Source: an uncultured Acidobacteriota bacterium (GTDB lineage Bacteria > Acidobacteriota > UBA6911). From it: a stretch of 64,000 bases of DNA. Position 1 is the stretch's first letter; each line of letters starts with the position of its first letter. The translations under genes and the position numbers were made by a program. Positions 9,626 to 19,981 of this stretch are shown here, in pieces. The notes below the pieces were generated by a model. It saw only the letters and a program-made list of their open reading frames with translations, was not told where the DNA came from and did not search any database. The stretch spans positions 1 through 64,000 of the forward strand of contig CAWEJX010000017.1 in assembly GCA_963809485.1 (NCBI GenBank), given 5' to 3'.

Positions 9626-11471
9626 GGTTGTTCTGGTGTATCCAGGGACGAAAGCAGGGAGATTTCTTGCCGTAAGCGCGATAGGCCTGGTGTTTGTGCT
9701 CGTGTGCGTGTCTTCGGCAAACGGCCAGGTGACGGTGGGCAACAAACTCAAAATGCTCATGAACGGAAGCTTGGGCACCGTTTATTCGGGCAACTTCGGC
9801 AATTACATCGGGTCCAGCCACAGTCTGGGCGTTGGGGTAAACGGCACTTTAGAAGGCTACTATTTCCATCCTCAATTCCTGAGCTTCCAAGTTCGCCCCT
9901 ATTACGACCGCGCACAATCCAATTCCGAATCGCAGATGATTACGAGTGGCACGGGCGCGGAGGGTTCGGTAAGCCTTTTCGGAGGCAGCCATTTCCCCGG
10001 CTCGATCTCATACGGGAAAAATTTCAGCGGCAACAGCGAGTTTAGAATCGCGGGGATCCCATCGGTTCTGGTGGATTCATCCGGCAGCAGCTTTAATGTT
10101 AGCTGGAGCGCCTTGCTCGACGGCCTACCCAGCCTTAACGCCAGTTACTCCATGGCCGATTCCACGTCAACATTGCTGGGTACAACAAGCCAGAGCAGGA
10201 GTTCCTCCAGGAACTTGAACCTGAATTCGAGTTATGCGCTCGGTGGGTTCAGCCTGCACGGCAGATTTAACCATTATGATACGGACTTTTTGTCTCCGAG
10301 TTTTTTGACCGGAGAAACCATCGGCAGCACCTCATCGAGTACGAATTACGGCGTTACTGCGACGCGCAGTCTTCCGCTTTCCGGCAGTCTGGGACTGGCG
10401 TGGTCGCGTACGACCTCGGAAAGTGGAAATAACGATTTCACAAGTGACGCCTACACGGCATCGGCCAGCCTTTCACCTTGGCGGAGATTGTCCATAAGTC
10501 AGATTGTCAATTACACAACAAATGATATTATCCCAATTTCACAGTTATCCGGTGACAACACTATTTCACCTTTCGTTAACATCAATTCAAATTCAAACGC
10601 AGTTTATATGAATACTACGGGGACTCTCTGGGTGGGTCACGGACTTACAGTCACCGGCTACTTGAACCATAGGGTCCGGCATTTTCAGGCGCAAGATGTA
10701 TCGAATACGCAATACGGAGGCACAGTAAACTATCAAAAGGCGAACAACTTTCTAGGATTCCTGCGATTCTCCGTCGGCGTTGTGGATATGGCGACGCAGG
10801 ATGGCAACAGCGGCCTCGGCCTGGTGGCAAATCTCGGGATGACGCGCAAGTTCGGCCGATGGGAAACCACAGCAGACGTCAGCTATGCGCAGCATACCCA
10901 GACTCTTCTTGCCATCGTAACAACCAGCAATTACAATTATGGAGGTACGTTCCGGCGCAAGCTCAATTCGTCGACATACTGGGGTGCGAGCTTCCGGGAA
11001 TCGCGCAGCGGATTGGCTGTGCAGGAGGGCAACAGCAACGTTTCCGATACGTACGCCACGAACCTCTCGTGGAATAAATACTCTTTATCCGGCCACTATT
11101 CGCGGTCGAATGGTGAGGCGTTGCTGGGGGCAGACGGCACACTGACCGCCACGCCCTTGGGTTCCGTTATCAGCGATTATTTTCTCACTTTTGATGCCCG
11201 GAGCTATGGCCTATACGCCAGTACGCAACTGTTCCGCATGCTGACCCTGAGCAGCGCTTACACAAATGTCTCCAGTAGCACCATTCGGAAGGCAATAGGC
11301 ACATTTAACAACGGCGACCGCATTAGTGCCCGCCTTGCCTTTCGGATGCGGAGACTTTATATTCAGGCCGGATTTAGTCACGCAGTGCAGGAATCCAGCG
11401 CTGTTTCGGGCGGACCGCGAGTGGTAAACTCGTATTATGTGAGTCTATCAAGATGGTTCAACGTGTTCTGA
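9612..11471 (+). CDS. Large outer-membrane beta-barrel (candidate porin or secretion channel)
   Basis: 619 aa, signal-like N-terminus, S/T/N/G/Y-rich alternating strands, C-terminal YYVSLSRWFNVF beta-signal; start codon uncertain. Confidence 0.8.
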   Translation: MKYSKVVLVYPGTKAGRFLAVSAIGLVFVLVCVSSANGQVTVGNKLKMLMNGSLGTVYSGNFGNYIGSSHSLGVGVNGTLEGYYFHPQFLSFQVRPYYDRAQSNSESQMITSGTGAEGSVSLFGGSHFPGSISYGKNFSGNSEFRIAGIPSVLVDSSGSSFNVSWSALLDGLPSLNASYSMADSTSTLLGTTSQSRSSSRNLNLNSSYALGGFSLHGRFNHYDTDFLSPSFLTGETIGSTSSSTNYGVTATRSLPLSGSLGLAWSRTTSESGNNDFTSDAYTASASLSPWRRLSISQIVNYTTNDIIPISQLSGDNTISPFVNINSNSNAVYMNTTGTLWVGHGLTVTGYLNHRVRHFQAQDVSNTQYGGTVNYQKANNFLGFLRFSVGVVDMATQDGNSGLGLVANLGMTRKFGRWETTADVSYAQHTQTLLAIVTTSNYNYGGTFRRKLNSSTYWGASFRESRSGLAVQEGNSNVSDTYATNLSWNKYSLSGHYSRSNGEALLGADGTLTATPLGSVISDYFLTFDARSYGLYASTQLFRMLTLSSAYTNVSSSTIRKAIGTFNNGDRISARLAFRMRRLYIQAGFSHAVQESSAVSGGPRVVNSYYVSLSRWFNVF

Positions 11472-12553
11472 TCCGGACGTGCGGAACAAGGTCGCTTTTT
11501 CCTCTGCTGTTGACCGGCGCACTTTTGCTTTCACTGGTCCCCGCATTTGCCCTCGAACGGTCGAAGACTCCCGCGGATAAATCTTGGCCGGAACTCCTGC
11601 TTGAGGCCGGACGTAAGCTTACCTACCAGCAATCGATTACATCGGAGCGCGATGTGGGTGGCAAACAGGGATTCTGGTCCAAATTGGTCGGCATCGTGGC
11701 GGGTGCGCCCGAGTTCCGCGAAATGGTGCGCCCCTACGGAATCGCGGTCGATTCCCATGGCCGCGTGATTGTTACCGATCCGGCCATTTCCGCCGTACAC
11801 ATTTTCGATCCTGCAAAGCGCAAGTATAAGCTGATCAATCGCTGGGACATGAGAAAAGACCCGATGATGGCTCCCCAGTGTGCGGCAGTCGATGAGAAAG
11901 ATAATATTTACATAACGGATTCGGAAGCCGGCAAAGTGTTCGTTTTTGATCCGCAGGGCAAGGCCCGAAAGGTATTCGGCAGCCTGAAAGGGGGTGAGGG
12001 CTTTTTCAGGCGTCCCACGGGAATTGCTATCGATCGTGGGACGCATCGCGTTTACGTGACCGATACGCTGGCCCATCGAGTGTATATTCTCGATGGTGAT
12101 GGGAGGGTGCTGCGAAGCTTCGGACAACATGGCGCAGAAAAGGGCGAATTCAGCTTTCCGATTGAGGTTCAAGTGAAGAACGGCGTGGTCGTGGTGGTCG
12201 ATGCAATGAACTTCCGCGTCCAGTTGTTTGATCGTGACGGCAACTTCCAGGCGCAGATCGGAACCAGCGGAGATCCGGCGGGCGGCATTTACCGTCCGAA
12301 AGGTGTCGGCATCGACTCGGAAGATCACATTTATGTTGTGGACAGCGAGTTGGGATTGGTTCAGGTGTTTGATCGCAGGGGGCGCTTGCTCTACCACTTC
12401 GGCAATGGCACTAACTTCGGTCAGTTCCTGCTCCCCGCGGGGTTGTTCATTGATCCCAACGACCGCGTGTATTTGGTGGACTCGTATAATCGTCGCGTGC
12501 AGGTCTTCCAGTATCACGCCATGCCGCCAATCCCGACTGGAGCGCGGCAATGA
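11453..12553 (+). CDS. Second secreted NHL-repeat beta-propeller
   Basis: Signal peptide; RPYGIAVD, RPTGIAID, RPKGVGID and NRRVQVFQY repeats. Confidence 0.9.
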   Translation: MVQRVLIRTCGTRSLFPLLLTGALLLSLVPAFALERSKTPADKSWPELLLEAGRKLTYQQSITSERDVGGKQGFWSKLVGIVAGAPEFREMVRPYGIAVDSHGRVIVTDPAISAVHIFDPAKRKYKLINRWDMRKDPMMAPQCAAVDEKDNIYITDSEAGKVFVFDPQGKARKVFGSLKGGEGFFRRPTGIAIDRGTHRVYVTDTLAHRVYILDGDGRVLRSFGQHGAEKGEFSFPIEVQVKNGVVVVVDAMNFRVQLFDRDGNFQAQIGTSGDPAGGIYRPKGVGIDSEDHIYVVDSELGLVQVFDRRGRLLYHFGNGTNFGQFLLPAGLFIDPNDRVYLVDSYNRRVQVFQYHAMPPIPTGARQ

Positions 12554-14394
12554 GCTGGAACCGCATGGCGAGGGCCAAGGCACTCGCGTGGGCGCTCCTG
12601 CTTGCCGCACCCACGGGAGCCCAGACCAACCGGACGACCGATGTCCTCGGCGTGCATGACATGAGTTCCGGAGCTTCACCGATGCACGGGCCCAACGCGA
12701 ACGCCTGCATCTACTGCCACGCCCCGCATAACGCACTCTCGGCCTCCAGGCTCTGGAACCAGACCCTCTCGACAAACGAGTACATTCTGCATCCAGACTC
12801 GACGAGCACACCCTCTGCGCCAACAGCGGTCGGAACGGCAAGTTTGCGGTGTCTAAGCTGTCATGATGGCAGCGTAGGGGTGGGGCGTACGGTGGCCATC
12901 GGCACACTGCAGATGACCGGCGCACTCCGCGCCAATATGGGAGCACAACTGGAAGGATCGCATCCCTTCAGCATGCAACCGGAGATCAAGGATCACCCAA
13001 CCCTGGTGTCATCCTTGGTGGCATCGCATACCACCAAGGATGATTCAGTCTCGTTGGTGGAGAACAATATAGAATGCTCCACCTGCCACGACGTTCACAA
13101 CCAGTTCAAGGACCCGCGCTCCCCCAAATTCCTGGTACGGGACAACACCGGAAGCCGTCTGTGCCTTGCGTGCCACGATGTGGGTGGCCGCACGGTAGGC
13201 GGGATCAACAATTCACTCACCGCCTGGCCTACCAGCGCGCATGCCCTATCAACGTTTGGGGTGGCGCAGTTGGGCGGATATGAGACCGTGAACGAATATG
13301 CCTGTTCTGTTTGCCACAGATCTCATAATGCACTCGGTACGGGGTTGCTGCGCAAAAACCCGAATCGTCCGGCGAACGTCGACGAGACGTCTCAGGCATG
13401 TCTTACGTGTCATGACGGCAGCGATAGCCTGGCTCAACCGCTCCTCAACGTGCTAGGGGCATTCAACGGGCAACAAGGGCATCCATTCTCGGACGACAGT
13501 AACCCGCACATGCTGAACGAGCCGGTTGTATTGGGCCGGAATCGTCACACCACCTGCGCGGATTGCCATAGCTCGCACGCCGCACAGCCGACGACATATT
13601 TTCCTGCAACGCCTGATCTTCGCCCCTCGCAAATTGGCGTTGCGGGCGTGGCATCGGATGGTTTGGTTGTCACCCCCGCAACCTATCAGTATGAGAATTG
13701 CCTGCGATGCCATGGTACCAGCCAGAACAAGCAGAGCTTGCCCGCTTACGGCTATATGCCCGCACGCGCTCTCTTCTCAGGTGACACCCTGGATGTGTCT
13801 CTGCAGTTCGCGCATGGCGCGATTTCGTCTCATCCTGTCATGCGCGATGCTCGAAACCTGGCGCGCCCGAGTTTGCTTAAATCCATGTGGAATATCGGCT
13901 CCGAAGTGCCGGGTCGCGCCATGAGTCCCCGGATTCTCTGCACGGATTGCCACAACAACGATAATGCCCGTGAGTTTGGCGGCACGGGTCCGAACGGGCC
14001 TCACGGGTCTATAAACGATCACATTCTGGAACGCCAGTATCTGATGAGCCGCGTCGGGACGGGAGCCTTGCCCGGAACAGTGGTTGCCAATCTTAATCCG
14101 AACCCGATTTTGGACTCCGCGCCTGCATCGCCTTATGCTCTCTGCGCGAAGTGTCACGATCTGAACTACATCAACTTAAGCGAGAGTTGGAGCGGGCATG
14201 GCAGGCACATTCAGCAAGGATTTTCGTGTTCAGTGTGCCACAGTGCACATGGCGTACCGGCAGGAACTTCGAACGTCAGCGGCAGCGCTCTGGTGAGCTT
14301 CGACATGAATGTCGTCGGAAGCAACAATAGCCTGCCGGTATCTTACAGCGGCTCCACGTGCACACTGACGTGCCACGGGAAGGCGCACCCGTGA
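12550..14394 (+). CDS. Multiheme cytochrome c (11 CxxCH + 1 CxxxCH) with OmcE-like N-terminal module
   Basis: HDMS..CIYCHAPH..LWN..CLSCHDG..SHPF..ECSTCHDVH..FLV..GSRLCLACH, then 8 further motifs; ATGA overlap with the upstream gene. Confidence 0.9.
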   Translation: MSWNRMARAKALAWALLLAAPTGAQTNRTTDVLGVHDMSSGASPMHGPNANACIYCHAPHNALSASRLWNQTLSTNEYILHPDSTSTPSAPTAVGTASLRCLSCHDGSVGVGRTVAIGTLQMTGALRANMGAQLEGSHPFSMQPEIKDHPTLVSSLVASHTTKDDSVSLVENNIECSTCHDVHNQFKDPRSPKFLVRDNTGSRLCLACHDVGGRTVGGINNSLTAWPTSAHALSTFGVAQLGGYETVNEYACSVCHRSHNALGTGLLRKNPNRPANVDETSQACLTCHDGSDSLAQPLLNVLGAFNGQQGHPFSDDSNPHMLNEPVVLGRNRHTTCADCHSSHAAQPTTYFPATPDLRPSQIGVAGVASDGLVVTPATYQYENCLRCHGTSQNKQSLPAYGYMPARALFSGDTLDVSLQFAHGAISSHPVMRDARNLARPSLLKSMWNIGSEVPGRAMSPRILCTDCHNNDNAREFGGTGPNGPHGSINDHILERQYLMSRVGTGALPGTVVANLNPNPILDSAPASPYALCAKCHDLNYINLSESWSGHGRHIQQGFSCSVCHSAHGVPAGTSNVSGSALVSFDMNVVGSNNSLPVSYSGSTCTLTCHGKAHP

Positions 14395-14535
14395 CTATCA
14401 GATCATTTGACAGGCCTCGATCCGAAAACTATCATGGGCCCGATCCGGGATTATCGTGCTCGATGCGTCGGCCATGGTGGCAATGCTTCTTTCCAAAGAT
14501 TGCGGCAGTCAATGCTTGGCGGTTAAGGGCATCCA

Positions 14536-15162
14536 ATGGAACGTATTGAGCCAACGGCGAAGTCCTGGAGCGGCACGCAGGTTTACGGGCTTGCAGTGAT
14601 CTGTTTGTTCTCGGGCATCGGCATTGGGTACTTGGCCCGTGCTCCCTTCCAGGCAAGTGACGTCAAGCCCCCGGTGGCAAGGCCCTCCGCCGCGCACGGT
14701 TCCAGCGTGAGGATCACACCCGGCGAATTGAAGCAGGCGGCAGATAAACAGGCCGAACCTTTAGTGGCCCGACTGCGGAAGTCGCCTGACGATCCCTCCC
14801 TTCTGGCGGAAATCGGTAAGATCTATTATCAGATGCGCCAATTCCCCATGGCGGCAAAGTATTATGAGGACTCCGTCAGAGTAAAGCCGGACGCCGTCGT
14901 CTTCGTAAAACTCGGCGGTGCCTATCACTTTGACGGGAAAGAGGAGAAGGCAATCGGCGCCTGGAACCACGCGCTGCGTCTCGATCCCAATAATCCCGAC
15001 GCACTGTTCAACATCGGCTTTGTGAGCTGGCATGCGCAGGGCAACCGGGAGGCGGCGATTGCCGCCTGGCAGAAGCTTCTTAAGACGAATCCGAACCATC
15101 CGAAGCGCGCTCAAGTGGAAGAGCTTCTCGCTCAGGCAAAACAACACCCAGAAAACGATTAG
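14536..15162 (+). CDS. Membrane-anchored TPR protein
   Basis: N-terminal TM helix; TPR units such as AIGAWNHALRLDPNNPDALFNIG. Resembles CcmH/CycH-type TPR domains. Confidence 0.8.
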   Translation: MERIEPTAKSWSGTQVYGLAVICLFSGIGIGYLARAPFQASDVKPPVARPSAAHGSSVRITPGELKQAADKQAEPLVARLRKSPDDPSLLAEIGKIYYQMRQFPMAAKYYEDSVRVKPDAVVFVKLGGAYHFDGKEEKAIGAWNHALRLDPNNPDALFNIGFVSWHAQGNREAAIAAWQKLLKTNPNHPKRAQVEELLAQAKQHPEND

Positions 15163-15305
15163 CGTGCGCAAGCTGCCGGTCGAGAGCCGCAGGCTTTGAT
15201 GAACAGCATCCAGCTGCGTGCTGGGCCGTCAACGGCTGAGGAGGGACTCCCCAAAGCAAGCCAGAGCACCTGCAGTTGATCGTATTCGTTCCAAAGCTTT
15301 TATAT

Positions 15306-16682
15306 ATGAAATGTAGTTTGCTGGTTATAGCGTTGCTCCTTGTCGTAATCCTCGTTTACCTGCCGGCCGCTCGCTATTCTCTTGTCTATGACGACCACGA
15401 GCAGATCGAAATGAATCCGCGTTTGACGGACTGGAGCTATGTGCCTGGGTACTTCACAACTCATCTATGGGCACACTCACCTCTGCAAGCCCCGAATTAT
15501 TACCGGCCGCTTTCGCTGCTGTTTTTTCGCCTGGAATACGCCCTTTGGGGACCTCCCTCTTCCATCTGGCATTTCGCATCCCTGGCGGCCCATCTAGGAG
15601 CGACTGTTTGCCTGTTCTTGCTGATTCAACACTTGGTGGGGAGCTTCAAGGCCGCATTAGTGGCCGGAGCGCTGTTTGCCCTTCATCCCATCCAAACAGA
15701 GACCGTTGTATGGATATCTTCCTGTCCCGACATTCTGGTGACAGCCTTTCTTGCACTTTCTCTGTATTTCTACAGGGTCCGAAAAGGGCCGATCAGCTTC
15801 GGTTCCGTCCTATTCGCAGCTTTGGCCGTATTCACCAAGGAAACGGGAATCGCGGCACCGGCCCTAATTTTCGCCTACGAGTGGATACACTCCCGCTTCA
15901 AAAACGCAGTTATCGCCACTTTCCCTTACGTCGTCGTGGCGCTGCTTTACATCGCCGCCCGCATCAACGCGATTGGGAGCGTCACATCGGCAGTCGCTCC
16001 AGACATGAGCATGGCATCCACGATTTTGACCCTGCCGAAAGTGCTGGCTATCTATGCGCTTCACCTGATTTGGCCCGCACGTCTCAGCCCCAGCTACGAG
16101 GTGGCCGTGGAATCGCGCGTCTGGCCGCTCCCGTTGGCTATCGCGGTGCTGCTTGCCCTATTCTGGCTGCTGCGAGGCAGTTCTGCAAATGCGCGATTCG
16201 GAGCGGCGTGGGTGGCGATTACACTCGCTCCCTCGCTGGCGCTGGGCTATCTGACCAGGGGCGACTTTACGCATGACCGTTATCTCTACCTTCCAAGCCT
16301 GGGCCTCGCCATCATCGTGGCGGTGTGGAGTACACGTACCCAATTTACGTTTCGAGAGCGAGCACTGGCCGGCGCACTTGCTTTGGCTTGTTGTTTCGGT
16401 GTCCGGAAATATCTGCCAGTTTGGGAAAGCGACATCACTTTGTTTACGCGTGCGGTTGAGCGGGCCCCGCACAATCCACATGTCAAGAATAGCCTTGCGG
16501 ATGCCTATTTGAAAGCCAACCGCCCTGCCGAAGCATTTCCTCTGCTGCAGGAGGCCATAAAACTCAAACCGGACTATGGGCTCCTGTACTACAACATGGC
16601 GCGCTACTACAGAATGATAGGGGATTATGGGGAGTCTGAGCGCTACCTCACGATTTCAGATCGCCTCTACCCGGGAAGATAG
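15306..16682 (+). CDS. TMTC-like GT-C membrane glycosyltransferase with C-terminal TPR
   Basis: LVYDD, YYRPL, LFALHPIQTETVVWIS, TKE and DRYLYLP motifs, many TM helices and a TPR tail. Confidence 0.82.
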   Translation: MKCSLLVIALLLVVILVYLPAARYSLVYDDHEQIEMNPRLTDWSYVPGYFTTHLWAHSPLQAPNYYRPLSLLFFRLEYALWGPPSSIWHFASLAAHLGATVCLFLLIQHLVGSFKAALVAGALFALHPIQTETVVWISSCPDILVTAFLALSLYFYRVRKGPISFGSVLFAALAVFTKETGIAAPALIFAYEWIHSRFKNAVIATFPYVVVALLYIAARINAIGSVTSAVAPDMSMASTILTLPKVLAIYALHLIWPARLSPSYEVAVESRVWPLPLAIAVLLALFWLLRGSSANARFGAAWVAITLAPSLALGYLTRGDFTHDRYLYLPSLGLAIIVAVWSTRTQFTFRERALAGALALACCFGVRKYLPVWESDITLFTRAVERAPHNPHVKNSLADAYLKANRPAEAFPLLQEAIKLKPDYGLLYYNMARYYRMIGDYGESERYLTISDRLYPGR

Positions 16683-16852
16683 CACTCCATCGGGGCAATG
16701 CTCCCATGCAAAATGAAATCTCCCGATTCAATTGTCCGCATTGATTGAACAAGCTACAATCAATGCTTAGAGAACAAATGGACACCATAAACTTTTCGAA
16801 AGGGATAAATGTTTTCCGACAAAGGGGACGCTTTACCGGAGTGAAACTACTA

Positions 16853-18241
16853 ATGATGAGGTCATTTATAAGGCACAGATTGTGCCTTTGCATGGCGGTG
16901 GGACTCGAAATGCTTCTGGCCGGCAGCTCCTCAGTTTTCAGCCAAGGCAAACCCGGGAGTCCTGTGACTCAGACAAAGGGTTATTGGCGTACCTCCACCT
17001 GTAAGGGATGTCACGATCAGATCGTGGCCCAGCATCTGGCGTCCTCTCATGAAAGGTCTTTTACAAATCCAGCATTTCAGGCCCAATACCAGAAAGATCT
17101 CCTGCCCAAGGCCGCGACGGACCCGGATCTCCAAGCGGAGGCGCGCGAATGCATCGCTTGCCATGAGCCGGTCACCTACGCCATGAAGGGTCCGGGGTTT
17201 TTGTCGCTCCGGGAAATCGACCCCGATATGAATGGCGTAACATGCGATATCTGTCATAGCATGACGGGATACCGCGACGCAAAGCCGCAAAATGGCAACT
17301 ATATTATAGAACCGAGCGATAGGAAACTTGGCCCCTTCAAGGGGGAGGGCGACTGGCATCATACTTATTCGGAATTACAGACAAAGAGCGAAATCTGCGC
17401 CGTTTGCCATGAAGCCGTAAACAGACATGGACTCAGGATCAAGGCCACATTCACCGAGTGGCAGGAGAGCGCTTTCGCCCAGCAAGGGGTGCACTGCCAG
17501 GACTGTCACATGAACATCGATGGATTCCTTACGTCAGGAAAACCTCGATTCGCCTCCGGCACAGGCTGCCGCCATGAGTCTTGGAAGCGCTCCGCAGCGA
17601 GAGCGTCTATACACGCATCAATTCCCCGGCGCCCACTCCAAAACCCAGATCGAGGGTGCCATCACCCTGGCGATCGAGTCCATCCCCCCAAAGGACTCAC
17701 AGAACAATACGCTTGCCCTTGAAGTAACCGTTGACAACTCGCGCACGGGACACAGCATGCCATCCGGCAGCGCCGATCTTCGACTGCTGTGGATCGAGGT
17801 AACTGGTTCGTATCGGAGACGAGCCAATTGGGCAGCCTGCGGTCATCCTCGAGCCTGAGACACTGGATGAATCGAGTGCCTACTCACTCGCAGGCCGTGG
17901 AAGGTTCGACTCCATTCTCTTAGGACCGGAGATCCCGAAAGGAAGTCGCATCTATCGGGCTGTCTTTGCCGATGGTGCAGGACAGGCAACACTCGATTCG
18001 TACAACGCCGTAGCCAAGTTATTTGACAACCGGCTGAAAGCCCGCAGAGAAGCGCAAAGAGCCCTATCGATTCATGATTCCCGAAGGGGCGAAGGGCGAC
18101 ATCACGATCAAAGCCACATTGAAGTATTTGCCCTACTCCAGCACCTTCACTAACCGATTTGGCCTCCCTGTCCCCCAGGAGGTCATCGTGGCACAGCGGG
18201 AGATCCGCCTTGGTGCCAAAGATCGGCAACCTGCAAGCTGA
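16853..18241 (+). CDS. Cytochrome c554-like pentaheme protein, several frameshifts
   Basis: CKGCH, CIACH, CDICH, CAVCH and CQDCH, then in shifted frames YTHQFPG, TGHSMPSG..RLLWIEV and FDNRL; stop TGA at 18239-18241. Confidence 0.75.
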
Positions 18242-18550
18242 AAAATTGTGCTGGAAATTCCTGGCGACTGGATTTGGCGAATGCAGGACCAAGTCCAGGA
18301 CCAGGTTTAGCCTGCTTTTCACACAGGATTCCTGCTGCACCGATTCATCCTGGTGTCTCCGTTCAGCTTGCATGTCACAAGTCGCAGGTCACAGGCGGCA
18401 AAATGCAACTTGCGACCTGCGACATTTGACCCTTAATCGATAATCTCCATGACCATGCAGCCCGTTTCGTGACGAAAAGCTGTGAGAAATGCCGGTTGGG
18501 TCCGAGTGCGGGTTTCCAAGCCCAGGAGCTTGCCGCCCCTCCCGGCCAGA

Positions 18551-19957
18551 CTACAGCTCGTGACACTTCTGGCATATGGTGTTTCTATCGCCCTCCGATA
18601 ATAGTTTCGGGCCTGTTGAGGCCGAGTGGGAACTGTGGCATGAAACACAATTGAGTTCTTCCTTATCCTTTGTCGCAGCGACCAAAACCGGGTGTTCCGC
18701 AGTAGGGTGCCCAAACCTCACCTTGACAAGATTGAGTATAGAAAGCTTCTCGAATGACTTTGGCGGCACACTAACTCTTCCGCCGAAAAGCGGGAATGGC
18801 TCCTTGCTTCGCATTAGCTTTATTCCATTGGAACCGTGGCACGCGAGGCAAAGGTCTGTTATCGGCGCGTATAGTTCCGCCGAATAATCGGAAGCGTGAG
18901 CGTCGTGGCAGAAAGCGCACGATACGTTGACCGGTTCATGAACATACTTGCCGGAGAGTTCGAAGAGCTTCAGCTTTTCAAACGTTCCTGGAGGCAAGCT
19001 CACAAGACCGTTAAAGAGAGGGAACGGCTGGCTGCTTTGAAGTATCTTCGCGGAGTTCGTGCCATGGCAGTCCATGCAGAGGTCGCGCATAGCAACCCGC
19101 AATTCCTTCGGAAACTGGGAGGCATGCGCATCGTGACATATAAGGCAGGATTTTCTTGCGGGCTCATGAACATATCTTGAGGACAGCTTCAGATACTGCC
19201 TGTCCATACCGTCAGGCGTCGGGGAAAATGCGTCTTCCTGAGTAGGTTGTTTCGGCGGTTCGTCGTGACAACTCACGCAAAGCTCCTGCGCGGGCTTTTT
19301 TAAATGGTATTCCTGGTTACCCGCATGAGGATCGTGGCATTCCATGCACGACCGATTGCTCTGCTCCAGGAGCTTGTGCCGGCTTCCTGCGCCTGCCATC
19401 TCCGCCTTGAAATTGGCGTGACAGTTATAGCACAACGAGTCTACGTTCTCCGCGGTCAATCCAACTTTCCCGTCCACAGGAGCGGGGTGGCAAGCCGAAC
19501 ACAAGCGTGCGGCGTAAGGACCGTGGGAAAATCTGAGTAAGAGCTTTGGTATATCCGAAGAATGCGGGTCGTGACATCCGGTGCACCTGGATTTTCCAAG
19601 AGGCTGTTTGTCATGTGTCGGCGAAAGATCCTTGCCTGAGGTAGCGTGGCATTCCAGGCATAATTCGGGCTCTTTTGCTTTCAAGTAATAATCCGGTGGT
19701 TCCTTCTGTTGGGCTGGAGAGAGTTTGTCGCAGTCCAGGTGACAAGCGACGCAACCCTTATCCATAGCCGGCTCCACGAATTTCTTCAGCGGCGCAATCG
19801 TTTGCGGATCCTGGTATTTGGAACAGCCTCTATTTATGACCGCTTCCTGCAGCGAGCCTGCCTGCGCCGAAGCGAAACAGGCAAGGATAATCAGAACACG
19901 AGCGGATTGCCCAATGAATCCCCAGACCCCGTAAACGTCTCTTGCCATAGTTACCAT
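18551..19957 (-). CDS. Multiheme cytochrome c, 13 CxxCH; paralog of 4633-6073
   Basis: Signal peptide, 13 CxxCH; shares HxPYAxxLCxACHxAPxDGKV and FxGRVxxP..GHP..HPV blocks with 4633-6073. Confidence 0.9.
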   Translation of the reverse strand: MVTMARDVYGVWGFIGQSARVLIILACFASAQAGSLQEAVINRGCSKYQDPQTIAPLKKFVEPAMDKGCVACHLDCDKLSPAQQKEPPDYYLKAKEPELCLECHATSGKDLSPTHDKQPLGKSRCTGCHDPHSSDIPKLLLRFSHGPYAARLCSACHPAPVDGKVGLTAENVDSLCYNCHANFKAEMAGAGSRHKLLEQSNRSCMECHDPHAGNQEYHLKKPAQELCVSCHDEPPKQPTQEDAFSPTPDGMDRQYLKLSSRYVHEPARKSCLICHDAHASQFPKELRVAMRDLCMDCHGTNSAKILQSSQPFPLFNGLVSLPPGTFEKLKLFELSGKYVHEPVNVSCAFCHDAHASDYSAELYAPITDLCLACHGSNGIKLMRSKEPFPLFGGRVSVPPKSFEKLSILNLVKVRFGHPTAEHPVLVAATKDKEELNCVSCHSSHSASTGPKLLSEGDRNTICQKCHEL

Positions 19958-19981
19958 CCGCGTGCTTGCCGAAATTGAAAC

